Positions 27,292 through 35,866 are shown, numbered from the stretch's first letter. The stretch is DNA of 64,000 nt from Verrucomicrobiales bacterium (GCA_037445715.1 JBBIJZ010000002.1:30269-94268), one strand, 5' to 3'. Translations and numbers: made by a program. The notes: generated by a model from the letters alone, not told the origin.

Positions 27292-29709
27292 TCAACGCCC
27301 GGCCAGGCGGTGGGCTTGTTCGAGCATTTGGGCCAGCCGGGCCGGCCGGGGATCGGGCGCGAAGGCCTCGGGCACGCCGGCCAACAACGGTTGCAGGCGT
27401 TCGGGGGAGACGTCGCCGGCAAAGGGGCTTTGCGCCAGCCATTCGGCGAACAACGCCGCGGTCGCGGCCAGCCGCAGGGCGGGGCCGGCATCCGCAAGCT
27501 CCGGAGCCGGGCCGCGATAGTCCAGCGTCCAGGCCAGCTCGCGGTACCGGCCGGAGGCGGGCTCGCGATAGCGCACGCGGAAGGTGCCCAGGGGCCCCTG
27601 CCCGTCGGGGTGGACCTCCAGCGCGTACAGCGCGGTGCCGGTCTCGGCCGCGCCGAGCTCGGCAGCGTCCACGGTGTCGTCCCGGAACTGCTCGGCGGTG
27701 AGTTGGTGGCGCGCATAGCCGAGCTGCCGCCAGCGGAGAACGCGGGCCGGGTTGAACTCGACCTGCACCTTGACGTCGGCCGCGGCGACCTGGAGCGCGC
27801 CGGCCAGTTGCGCGGCAAAGCCGGCCGCGGCTTCGTCCGGAGTGTTGAGGAAGCCGTAGCGGCCGTCGCCGTGGCGGGTGAGCACTTCGAGCAGTTCGTC
27901 GTTGAAGTCCTCCCAGCCCACGCCGAAGGCGTCCAACGCCACGCCGCGGCGGCGGTGGTCTTCGACCAGGTGTTGCAACGAGTCCGGCATGACCTCTCCC
28001 AGGTTGGCGGCGCCGTCCGTGATCAGGATCACGCGGTTAACCCCGCCGGGCAGGAAATGTCGCAGGGCGACCTCGTAGCCCAGGCGCAGGGCGTCTTCGA
28101 GATGGGTGCCGCCCTCCGGAGTGAGGGCGGCGGCCGCTTCGAGCACCGGGCCGGCCTGCTCGCCCGACACGCCCTCGGCAAACAGCCGCGCGGTGCGGGC
28201 GAAGGTGACCACGCTGAGGCGGTCGGCGGGTTGGAGTTGTTCGGCAAGCAACCGCAACATCTCGCGGCACGTGGCCACGCGGTCGGCGCGCTCCATCGAA
28301 CCGGAGCGGTCCAGCACCAGCACGAGGTTCAAGGCGCGGCCCGGCTCGCGGCCCCGCGCGGCGGTCTGGACCCGGAAACGGACCAGCTCGCGGTGGTGAG
28401 CGAAGGGATGGCGCGCGCGGTCCCAGTGAAAGGCCAGGGGCGCACCCTGGGCCGGAGCGGGGTCGCGGTAATCGAAGGCGTTGACGAACTCCTCGACCCG
28501 CACGCCACTCGGCGGGGGCAACTGCCCGGCGTCGAGGCTGGCAGCCGCCAGGCGGAACGACACATCGGCGACGTTCAGCGAGAAGGTCGAAAACGGATTC
28601 TCGGCGGTGGCGACCTCGGGTGGGTGAACCGGCAGGGCCGGCGCAGGCGCGGCGGTGAGCGCGACCTCCCGGGCCTCCTTGCTTTCCAGCCGGAGCGCGT
28701 CCGTGGCCGGGCTTTCGGCGAGTCTTTCTTCGAACGCATCGCGTGCCAGGGTCTCCTGGGCGCGGCGGGTTTCTCCTCCTGCCCGGCCGGCGGCGGCCAC
28801 GGCGCCACCGCCCTGCACGCCCAGGTCCAGCGCAAACACATCGCCGGCCGCCGGGAGGGCGGCTTCCGGGGGCACGGGCGTGACCGACGCGGGAACTTTG
28901 GCCGGCTCTGCTTGAGCCACTTCCGGGGTGCCCGCGGCCGACCGGCCCTCCGAGCGAGCCAGGCCGTAACGCAGCATCCTGCGGAGGTCCTCGGTTCGGG
29001 GGGGTGCCGCGGCAGAAGGGGCGGCGAGATCGCGCGGCCGACCCGGAGCCGGAACCGCGGGCATCGGCGCTACGGTGGGCGCGGCGGTGGGCGCGGGTGG
29101 CGGGGCCTGGACCAACTTGCGACCGAGCGTGGGCACGCGCCGGTCGCCGGCTTCCGCTACCGTCCCGGCCGCTGCGGCGGGCGGCGGGGGCGGGGCGGCG
29201 GTTTCGGCTGCGGCCAGTTGCCGCTCCAGTTCGGCCTGCTTTTCCCGGGCACGTTGGCTGACCAGTTGGGCCTTGGCCTTGGCCCGGGAAAGGGCCGGCA
29301 ACATCAGGCCCGCCCCCAGCGCCAGGAGCAGGGTCACAACCGCCGCCAGGGCGAGCCAGTGGGTGCGCCGGGAGCCAGCCGCCGCGCGAGCGGGGGCAAA
29401 GGCGGGCGGCGAGGCGGTGTTGAACGCGGCCACCAATGCCCGGCGTCGCTCGGGGGAAAGCCGGAGCGGAGCCGGGGCGGGCGTGGCAGGGGAGTTATCC
29501 GCGCCGCTCTTGGCGTCGGCCCCGCGCAACGCCTCGCGCACCAGGGGCAGGGTGCGGGCCAGGCGGGCCAGCAGTTGGACCTGGTCCGGCCGGGCGGCCA
29601 GCTCGGCGTACACGGCGGTGGTTTCCTCGGGCGAAAGTTCGCCCAGCAACAGCGCCGTGAGCCGGGCTTCCGGGTCGGGAGCGGGAGGCGGAGGCGGAAC
29701 AGGGTTCAT
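27292..29709 (-). CDS. anti-sigma factor fused to a YfbK-like von Willebrand factor A ectodomain
   Basis: N-terminal helical anti-sigma-like segment LTALLLGELSPEETTAVYAELA. One TM (HWLALAAVVTLLLALGAGLML). Pro/Ala linker. NPFSTFSLNVADVSF...EEFVNAFDY segment. vWA domain with MIDAS DRSGS (28297-28311) and ILITDGAANLG. The start codon overlaps the sigma stop (ATGA at 29706-29709). Confidence 0.8.
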   Translation of the reverse strand: MNPVPPPPPAPDPEARLTALLLGELSPEETTAVYAELAARPDQVQLLARLARTLPLVREALRGADAKSGADNSPATPAPAPLRLSPERRRALVAAFNTASPPAFAPARAAAGSRRTHWLALAAVVTLLLALGAGLMLPALSRAKAKAQLVSQRAREKQAELERQLAAAETAAPPPPPAAAAGTVAEAGDRRVPTLGRKLVQAPPPAPTAAPTVAPMPAVPAPGRPRDLAAPSAAAPPRTEDLRRMLRYGLARSEGRSAAGTPEVAQAEPAKVPASVTPVPPEAALPAAGDVFALDLGVQGGGAVAAAGRAGGETRRAQETLARDAFEERLAESPATDALRLESKEAREVALTAAPAPALPVHPPEVATAENPFSTFSLNVADVSFRLAAASLDAGQLPPPSGVRVEEFVNAFDYRDPAPAQGAPLAFHWDRARHPFAHHRELVRFRVQTAARGREPGRALNLVLVLDRSGSMERADRVATCREMLRLLAEQLQPADRLSVVTFARTARLFAEGVSGEQAGPVLEAAAALTPEGGTHLEDALRLGYEVALRHFLPGGVNRVILITDGAANLGEVMPDSLQHLVEDHRRRGVALDAFGVGWEDFNDELLEVLTRHGDGRYGFLNTPDEAAAGFAAQLAGALQVAAADVKVQVEFNPARVLRWRQLGYARHQLTAEQFRDDTVDAAELGAAETGTALYALEVHPDGQGPLGTFRVRYREPASGRYRELAWTLDYRGPAPELADAGPALRLAATAALFAEWLAQSPFAGDVSPERLQPLLAGVPEAFAPDPRPARLAQMLEQAHRLAGR

Positions 29710-30254
29710 GACACGAGGCCGGCTTTGGCCAGTTCGGCCGCCAGGGCTTTGAGGGCATGGTGCAGGAGGTAACCCACGTGGCCCACGCTCAGGCCGGTGC
29801 GAGCGCTGATCTCCCGGTAGGAAAGGTCGTGGGCGAATTTGAGTTCGAGCAGCTCGCGGCTGCGGGGATCGAGCTTTTGCAGGCCGAGCCGAACCAGACC
29901 CACCGCCTCCCAGCGGGCGAGCAATTCATCCGGCGGCGGCCGGGGGTCCGGCGCTTCTTCCGGGGGCTGCGGGCGGCCGGCCGCGTCGGCCAGGGACACG
30001 ACCGGCCCGGCGTCCCGCCGGTGATTGAGGGCGAGGTTGTGCACGGTGCGGAAGAGCCAACGGCGGGGGTCGCGCACCTCGGCGAAGTGCGCGTGCAACC
30101 GAAGGAACGCTTCCTGGACAATCTCCTGGGCCATGTCGGGGTCGGCCAGCAGGCGCAGGGCATAGGCCAGCAACGGTGCCTCCAGCACCTCGAACCACCC
30201 CAGCAGGGCGGCGGGCGGCGGACCGGCGGAAGGAGCGGAGTCGGCCGTGGCCAT
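29706..30254 (-). CDS. ECF-type RNA polymerase sigma factor
   Basis: Region 2 (EIVQEAFLRLH, WLFRTVHNLALNHRR) and region 4 HTH (LSYREISARTGLSVGHVGYLLHHALKAL). 182 aa. Confidence 0.85.
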   Translation of the reverse strand: MATADSAPSAGPPPAALLGWFEVLEAPLLAYALRLLADPDMAQEIVQEAFLRLHAHFAEVRDPRRWLFRTVHNLALNHRRDAGPVVSLADAAGRPQPPEEAPDPRPPPDELLARWEAVGLVRLGLQKLDPRSRELLELKFAHDLSYREISARTGLSVGHVGYLLHHALKALAAELAKAGLVS

Positions 30255-30397
30255 GCCGGATCAGGTTGGCCGGGCGGACCGGGTGTCGCGCGCGGCGGTC
30301 TTGGGCTGCGCTTGCATGAGCTTCCCCCAGTATGACACGCGGCCCGGGGTTTTCTTAGGGAAAAATCGCGAGGGGAAAGCGGCACCGCTTGGGCACT

Positions 30398-30433
30398 GCG
30401 GCAAGGTAGGGTGCCGCGGCAAGGTAGGGTGCC
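30398..30433. repeat. perfect 2 x 18-bp tandem repeat gcggcaaggtagggtgcc in the sigma/korA divergent region
   Basis: Copy 1 is 30398-30415 and copy 2 is 30416-30433, with identical bases. The second copy runs into gctgcgccggcgcc, the same core as the GGTAGGGC palindromic module at 35.6 and 41.2 kb. Confidence 0.9.
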
Positions 30434-30687
30434 GCTGCGCCGGCGCCAGATGGGGTCCCCTCGCCGTCCGCGCCGCCGCGCAGCCCTCCCGCCCCCGGGG
30501 TCAGGGCCCACCCGGCTTTTCCCGCACTGGCCGCTGGATTTTGGCTTTACAGCGCGGCGCGGGCGGCGCACAAGCGGGGTCAGCGAATTGATGACGCCGA
30601 AGTCAACTAACCCCGCGCCGGCCAGGGGGCCGTGTAACCCCGGAGCGGTGTCGGGGCTCGGTGTCCGCGTAAATCGGAGTTTTCCAC

Positions 30688-32544
30688 ATGGACCCTTGTT
30701 GTTCTGACCCCGGCCCGGAGTTGCGGGAGCTGCGCCAGTCCACCGTGCGGTTTGCCGGGGATTCCGGCGACGGCATGCAACTGGTGGGCAGCCAGTTCGC
30801 GGACCTGGCGTCGCTTTCCGGCTGTTCCATCCGGACCATCCCGGACTTCCCGTCCGAAATCCGCGCCCCGGCCGGCACGCTGGCGGGGGTGAGCGGGTAC
30901 CAGTTGTGCTTCGGGGGGGAGGAAGTGCTGACGCCGGGCGACGCCCCGTTTGTGCTGGTGGCCATGAACCCCGCCGCGCTCAAGGTCAGCCTGCCGGAGC
31001 TGCAACCCGGCGGCATCATCATCGTGGACACGGACGAGTTCACGCCCGAGAACCTGGCCAAGGCCCGCTACCGCACCAACCCGCTGGAGGACGGCTCCCT
31101 GGCCGATTACCGCGTGGTCCCCGTGGCGATGACCCGCCTGACCGAAGAGGCCACCAAGGCCACCGGCCTGCCGGCCAGCGCCCGGGCGCGGTGCAAGAAC
31201 TTCTTCGCCCTGGGCATGACGCTCTGGCTGTACGACCAGCCCATGCAGCCCCTGCTGGAATGGCTCATGCGCAAGTTCCGCAAGGACCGGGCCGTGATGG
31301 CCGCCAACGGCGCCAGCCTGCGCGCCGGCTACAATTACGCCAACACCACCGAACTGCTGCGCGTCCACTACCGCGTGGCCCCGGGCCGGCTCCCGCCCGG
31401 CCGTTACCGGCGCGTGACCGGCAACGAGGCCATGGCCCTGGGCCTGATCGCCGCCGCGCACCGCGCCGGCCGGCCGCTGGTCTATGCCAGCTACCCCATC
31501 ACCCCGGCCAGCGAGATTCTGCACGAACTCTCGGCCCGCAAGGAATTCGACGTGCGCGTGATCCAGTGCGAGGACGAGATTGCCGCCGCCGGCGCCGCCC
31601 TGGGCGCGTCGTTTGCCGGGGCCATCGGCGCCACCGGCACCAGCGGCCCGGGACTGTCCCTGAAAACCGAAACCCTCGGCCTGGCGGTGATGACCGAACT
31701 GCCGTTGGTGGTCATTGACGTCCAGCGCGCCGGCCCCAGCACGGGCATGCCCACCAAGACCGAACAGGCCGACCTGCTCATGGCCCTCTACGGCCGGCAC
31801 GGGGAGGCGCCCCTGCCCGTGCTGGCCCCGGCCACGCCGGCGGATTGCTTCTCCATCGCCTTCGAGGCCGTGCGCCTGGCCACGCGATACATGACCCCGG
31901 TGCTGGTGCTCTCGGACGGTTTCCTGGCCAACAGCGCCGAGGCCTTCCGCCTCCCGGATGTCACCCAGTTGCCGGACCTGCGCCCGCCCGACCCCCTGCC
32001 CAAACCCGGCGACTTCGCGCCCTACCGGCGCCACCCCCGCACACTGGCGCGGCCCTGGGTGCCGCCCGGCACGCCGGGGCTGGAACATCGCATCGGCGGC
32101 CTGGAGAAACAGGACGTCACCGGCCTGGTCACCTACGACTCGGAGAACCACCGGCGCATGGTGGAACTGCGGGCGCGCAAGGTTGCCGGCATTGCCGACG
32201 ACATCCCGCCGGCCGAATTGAACGGAGCACCGCAGGGCGAGCTGCTGGTGGTGGGCTGGGGCAGCACCTATGGCGCGATTGCCGCCGCCGTGCGCCAGGC
32301 CCGGCTCGAGGGCCATGCCGTGGCGCACCTGCACCTGCGGCATCTCCATCCGCTGCCGCACAACGTCGAGCCCCTGTTGCGCGCCTTCCGCAAGGTGCTG
32401 GTCCCCGAAAACAACACCGGCCACCTGGCCACGCTCCTGCGCAGCCGGTTCCTGGTGCCCGTGGACTCGCTGCCCAAGGTCGAGGGCCGCCCGTTTTTGA
32501 TTCGCGAAATCCGCAACGCCATCGAAACCCACATCCGCTCATGA
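30688..32544 (+). CDS. korA: 2-oxoglutarate/2-oxoacid:ferredoxin oxidoreductase subunit alpha
   Basis: N-terminal VRFAGDSGDGMQ, YPITPASEI, GTSGPGLSLK. ATGA overlap with the beta subunit at 32541-32544. Confidence 0.9.
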   Translation: MDPCCSDPGPELRELRQSTVRFAGDSGDGMQLVGSQFADLASLSGCSIRTIPDFPSEIRAPAGTLAGVSGYQLCFGGEEVLTPGDAPFVLVAMNPAALKVSLPELQPGGIIIVDTDEFTPENLAKARYRTNPLEDGSLADYRVVPVAMTRLTEEATKATGLPASARARCKNFFALGMTLWLYDQPMQPLLEWLMRKFRKDRAVMAANGASLRAGYNYANTTELLRVHYRVAPGRLPPGRYRRVTGNEAMALGLIAAAHRAGRPLVYASYPITPASEILHELSARKEFDVRVIQCEDEIAAAGAALGASFAGAIGATGTSGPGLSLKTETLGLAVMTELPLVVIDVQRAGPSTGMPTKTEQADLLMALYGRHGEAPLPVLAPATPADCFSIAFEAVRLATRYMTPVLVLSDGFLANSAEAFRLPDVTQLPDLRPPDPLPKPGDFAPYRRHPRTLARPWVPPGTPGLEHRIGGLEKQDVTGLVTYDSENHRRMVELRARKVAGIADDIPPAELNGAPQGELLVVGWGSTYGAIAAAVRQARLEGHAVAHLHLRHLHPLPHNVEPLLRAFRKVLVPENNTGHLATLLRSRFLVPVDSLPKVEGRPFLIREIRNAIETHIRS

Positions 32545-33605
32545 GCACGACCGCCTTTCTTGCCCCGGAAGCCCCGCCGCCGCCCGCCGGCGACTGCCTG
32601 CGCCAACTGACCCGCAAGGACTTTCAGACCGACCAGGAAGTGCGCTGGTGCCCGGGCTGCGGCGATTACGCCATCCTGGCGCAGGTCCAGAAGATCCTGG
32701 CCGGGCTGGGCCGGCCGCGGCACGAGTTTGTGTTCGTCTCCGGCATCGGCTGTTCCTCGCGCTTTCCGTACTACGTGAACACTTACGGGTTCCACGGCAT
32801 TCACGGCCGCGCCCCCGCCATCGCCACCGGCGTCAAGTGCGCCAACCCCGCGCTCTCGGTCTGGGTCGTCACCGGCGACGGCGACGGCCTGTCCATCGGC
32901 ACCAACCACCTCATCCATGCCCTGCGGCGCAACGTGGACCTGAAGATTCTGCTCTTCAACAACCGCATCTACGGCCTCACCAAGGGCCAGTACTCGCCCA
33001 CCTCCGAATTCGGCAAACGCACCAAGTCCAGCCCGCTGGGCACCATCGAGCAGCCCATCCGCCCCCTCCAAACCGCGCTCGCCGCCCAGGCCACGTTCGT
33101 GGCGCGCACCCTTTACGCCGACCCCGCCCACCTGGCGGCCACGCTCGAGGCGGCGGCCCGGCACCGCGGCGCGGCGTTTGTCGAAATTCTCCAAAACTGC
33201 CGCATCTTCAACGACGGCACGTTTGACGACGTGGCCGACCGCGCCCGGGCCGAGGAAGCACGCGTGCTGTTGCGTCACGGCCAGCCGTTGCGCTTCGGCC
33301 AGGGCGGTCGGTTCGGGCTGGTGGTGCGCGACCTGGAGCCGGCGGTGGTGGACCTGGAAGCCGAGCCGGCGCGCGCGGCCGAGGTGATTGTGCACAACGC
33401 CCGCAGCACCTCGCCCGCCCTGGCCGCGCTGCTGGCCGAACTGGAGCCGCCCCAATTCCCCACCGCCCTGGGCATCTTCCGCCAGGTCGAACGCCCGACC
33501 TACGACGAACTGTTGCTGGGCCAGATCCGCGAGGCCGTGGCCCGGCGCGGACCGCCGAATCTCCAGGCCCTGCTCGAATCCGGCACCACCTGGGTGGTCG
33601 AATGA
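32541..33605 (+). CDS. korB: 2-oxoglutarate/2-oxoacid:ferredoxin oxidoreductase subunit beta
   Basis: Listed ORF 31845..33605 trimmed to ATG 32541 (MSTTAFLAPE). WCPGCGDY, GIGCSSR, TPP-type GDGDGLSIG. Confidence 0.9.
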   Translation: MSTTAFLAPEAPPPPAGDCLRQLTRKDFQTDQEVRWCPGCGDYAILAQVQKILAGLGRPRHEFVFVSGIGCSSRFPYYVNTYGFHGIHGRAPAIATGVKCANPALSVWVVTGDGDGLSIGTNHLIHALRRNVDLKILLFNNRIYGLTKGQYSPTSEFGKRTKSSPLGTIEQPIRPLQTALAAQATFVARTLYADPAHLAATLEAAARHRGAAFVEILQNCRIFNDGTFDDVADRARAEEARVLLRHGQPLRFGQGGRFGLVVRDLEPAVVDLEAEPARAAEVIVHNARSTSPALAALLAELEPPQFPTALGIFRQVERPTYDELLLGQIREAVARRGPPNLQALLESGTTWVVE

Positions 33606-33611
33606 CCGCGC

Positions 33612-35129
33612 ATGAACGGCACCGCCGACCCGGTTGCGCCCCCGACGCGCTACCGCCTGGCGCCGGGGCCCGAGGCGCCGGCCGAGGTGCCCCGGGCCGA
33701 GGCCGGCAGCGAGGCGGCGTGGATCGAACCGGTGCTGCGCGCCAATGCCGTCTGGTTCTGCCAACTGCGCTGGCTGGTGGTGGCGGTGCTGCTGGCCGTG
33801 GCGGTGGCCGGCCTGGTACCCGCGCTGCCGACGGCTCTGGGGTTGCGGATTCAACCCCTCTGGCCCGCGCTGACGGCCGGCGTGCTGGCGGCGTTGAATC
33901 TGGCGTTCGTGCGCCGGTCCCGGCCAGCGGGCGGGCCGGGCACGCGCGGCTCCATTCGGGCGGTGTTGTGGGCCCAAATCGTCAGCGACCTGGTGATCCT
34001 CACGGCCGTGGTTTACTGGGTGGGACCGGACTGGCCGGCGGCGCCGTTCATGTACCTGTTCCACATCATCCTGGCCTGTCTGGTGTTTTCCCCGGGCCAG
34101 AGCCTGGCCGTGCTGGGACTGGCCGCGGGGTTGTACGGGCTTTCCCTCGGGGCCGTGAGCCGGGGCTGGTTGCCGGCGTCCACCCTCCGGCTGGAAGGAA
34201 CCGGGTCCGCCGGCCTGCCCCACCCGGGCCAGGCCGGGGCCGGACTGGTGCCGATGCTTCTGGTGTGGGGCGTGATCTGGTACCTGGTCTCGCGCCTGGC
34301 CGCGACGCTGCGACGACGCGAACTCGAACTGGCCGAGACCAACCGTCGCCTGGCCGCCAGCAGTGAAGAACGCGCCCAGCACATGCTCCAGACCACCCAC
34401 CAGTTGAAGGCGCCCTTCGCGGCCATCCACGCCATGACCCAGGTCCTGCTGGCCGGTTACGCGGGCGAGTTGCCGCCGGCGGCCCGCGAGGTGGCGGGCA
34501 AGATGGCCGACCGTTGCCTGGCCCTGTCCCGGCAGATTCAGGAGATGCTGCAACTGGCCAACCTCCGCTCCCGCGCCCAGACCGCCCCGCCCGGGCGCCC
34601 GCTGGACCTGGCCGGCGTGGTGCGCGAGGTCCTCGGCCGCCTCGAGCCGGCGGCGCGCCAGCGGCGCATCCGCTTCCACGCCACCCTCGAACCCGCCCCC
34701 GTGCAGGCCGCGCCGGACCACCTGACCATGCTCGTGGACAACCTGGTGGTGAACGCCGTGACCTACTCCCACGAGGGCGGGGTGGTCGAAGTCACTTGCA
34801 CCCCCGAACCGGGGCCGGCCGGCGGCGCGCGCCTGACGGTGCGCGACCACGGCATCGGCATCGCGCCGGAGAAATTGCCGCGCATCTTCGACGACTACTA
34901 CCGCACCGAAGAAGCGGTGGCCCACAACCGGGCCTCGACCGGCCTGGGCCTGGCCATTGTCCGTCAGGTGGCCCGGGCCACCGGCGCCACCATCGAGGTC
35001 GAGAGCGCCCCCGGCCGGGGCAGCACGTTCACGGTGATTTTTCCCGGCACTCCCCCGGCGGCAGGGTCGGCGCCAAACCTTTCCGCGGCTCAACCTCAAA
35101 CCCACCATGGCCTACCTGCTGATCGTTGA
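33612..35129 (+). CDS. membrane sensor histidine kinase
   Basis: About six N-terminal TM helices. H-box TTHQLKAPFAAIHAMTQ. N-box LVVNAVTYSHEGG. G-boxes DHGIGI and GLGLAIV. Starts 6 nt after the korB stop. Confidence 0.85.
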   Translation: MNGTADPVAPPTRYRLAPGPEAPAEVPRAEAGSEAAWIEPVLRANAVWFCQLRWLVVAVLLAVAVAGLVPALPTALGLRIQPLWPALTAGVLAALNLAFVRRSRPAGGPGTRGSIRAVLWAQIVSDLVILTAVVYWVGPDWPAAPFMYLFHIILACLVFSPGQSLAVLGLAAGLYGLSLGAVSRGWLPASTLRLEGTGSAGLPHPGQAGAGLVPMLLVWGVIWYLVSRLAATLRRRELELAETNRRLAASSEERAQHMLQTTHQLKAPFAAIHAMTQVLLAGYAGELPPAAREVAGKMADRCLALSRQIQEMLQLANLRSRAQTAPPGRPLDLAGVVREVLGRLEPAARQRRIRFHATLEPAPVQAAPDHLTMLVDNLVVNAVTYSHEGGVVEVTCTPEPGPAGGARLTVRDHGIGIAPEKLPRIFDDYYRTEEAVAHNRASTGLGLAIVRQVARATGATIEVESAPGRGSTFTVIFPGTPPAAGSAPNLSAAQPQTHHGLPADR

Positions 35130-35511
35130 TGACGACGCCGACTTCGCCAACGCCGTCGCCACCGTGTGTCGGGCGATGGGACACGAAACACAAATCGTGT
35201 CCACCCCGGGCGAAACCCTCCCCCGCGTGGCCGAGCGCCAACCCGACGCGGTGATCCTGGACGTGATGTTTCCCGAAGACCCGGCGGCAGGCTTCCAGGT
35301 GGCGCGCGAACTGCGACGGCAGGCCCCGGACCTGCCCATCCTGATGCTCACCGCCGTCAACCAGCAGTTCCCCCTGGGCTTCAGCAACCGGGACATTGAC
35401 CCCAAATGGCTGCCGGTGACCGATTTTGTGGAGAAACCGGTGGACTTCGGGGTGCTGCAAACCCGCATCGAGCGCCTGCTGGCCGGAACGCGGGGCGAAG
35501 CGGCCCCCTGA
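35107..35511 (+). CDS. single-domain response regulator (receiver only)
   Basis: LLIVDDD, acceptor Asp in AVILDVMFP, MLTA, VEKP. 134 aa with no output domain. Overlaps the kinase gene by 23 nt. Confidence 0.85.
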   Translation: MAYLLIVDDDADFANAVATVCRAMGHETQIVSTPGETLPRVAERQPDAVILDVMFPEDPAAGFQVARELRRQAPDLPILMLTAVNQQFPLGFSNRDIDPKWLPVTDFVEKPVDFGVLQTRIERLLAGTRGEAAP

Positions 35512-35583
35512 GCTCCCGGCCGTGCCGCCGTGCGGCCCGACCGAATCCAGGGACCCGCGCAACCTCGATCCACTGCCTCCGCC

Positions 35584-35643
35584 CCGGTAGGGCGCTGCAG
35601 CGCCGGCGCCGCTTTCCCGGCCGTACCGCAGCACGGCCCTACC
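35584..35643. repeat. palindromic GC-rich module P (cGGTAGGGC ... GCCCTACCg)
   Basis: Arms cggtagggc (35584-35592) and gccctaccg (35635-35643). The interior closely matches the reverse complement of 41163-41220. A partial third copy, cccggtagggcgcc, lies at about 35682-35695. Confidence 0.8.
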
Positions 35644-35762
35644 GAATCCCAAGACCGGCACCCCGGCCCCAACCGCACCCTCCCGGTAGGGCGCCGAACA
35701 GAAAGCGGCAGCAAGCTGTCGCACTCCAAACGCTGGCGCGAAGGGTGAGCGCCCTGCGAATT

Positions 35763-35866
35763 CGCGAAGCGCCTGGAGTGCCTACCCGTCCTCGAAGGCG
35801 GGCGCCGGCGCTGTGCACGGCGTAGCGCAGACCTCCGGTCTGCCGTACCGCGGGTTTCCAACCCGC
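35763..35866. repeat. shortened copy of interspersed module Q
   Basis: It keeps the two ends of the 165-bp module, cgcgaagcgcctggagtgc and gtctgccgtaccgcgggtttccaacccgc, with a shorter middle. Confidence 0.7.

Noticed and set aside
20727-27701. 2,324-aa plus-strand ORF lying exactly antisense to the giant gene.
   Set aside because: Its translation is dominated by Arg, Gly, His, Pro and Gln runs (e.g. RRRRDVPQQRARDD). It has no signal, TM or repeat structure. Long stop-free antisense frames are expected when the sense strand has very high GC3. The minus-strand product has protein-like composition, an internal duplication and TM helices.
27276-27818. 5' extension of the giant ORF (181 extra codons), and similar extensions at 55266..55496, 62878..63054, 15249..15521, 4975..5301, 11665..11853, 12698..12967, 31845..32540 and 39580..40128.
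   Set aside because: The extensions overlap the upstream gene or intergenic repeats and translate to Arg/Pro/Ser-rich junk. In each case an internal ATG coincides with a signal peptide or with the conserved N-terminus of the family.
30255-30400. An attempt to find an ECF-type promoter (GGAAC-N16-17-CGT) upstream of the sigma gene.
   Set aside because: There are only weak matches (e.g. GGAAG...CAAGA on the minus strand). Nothing is convincing enough to annotate without transcription-start data.
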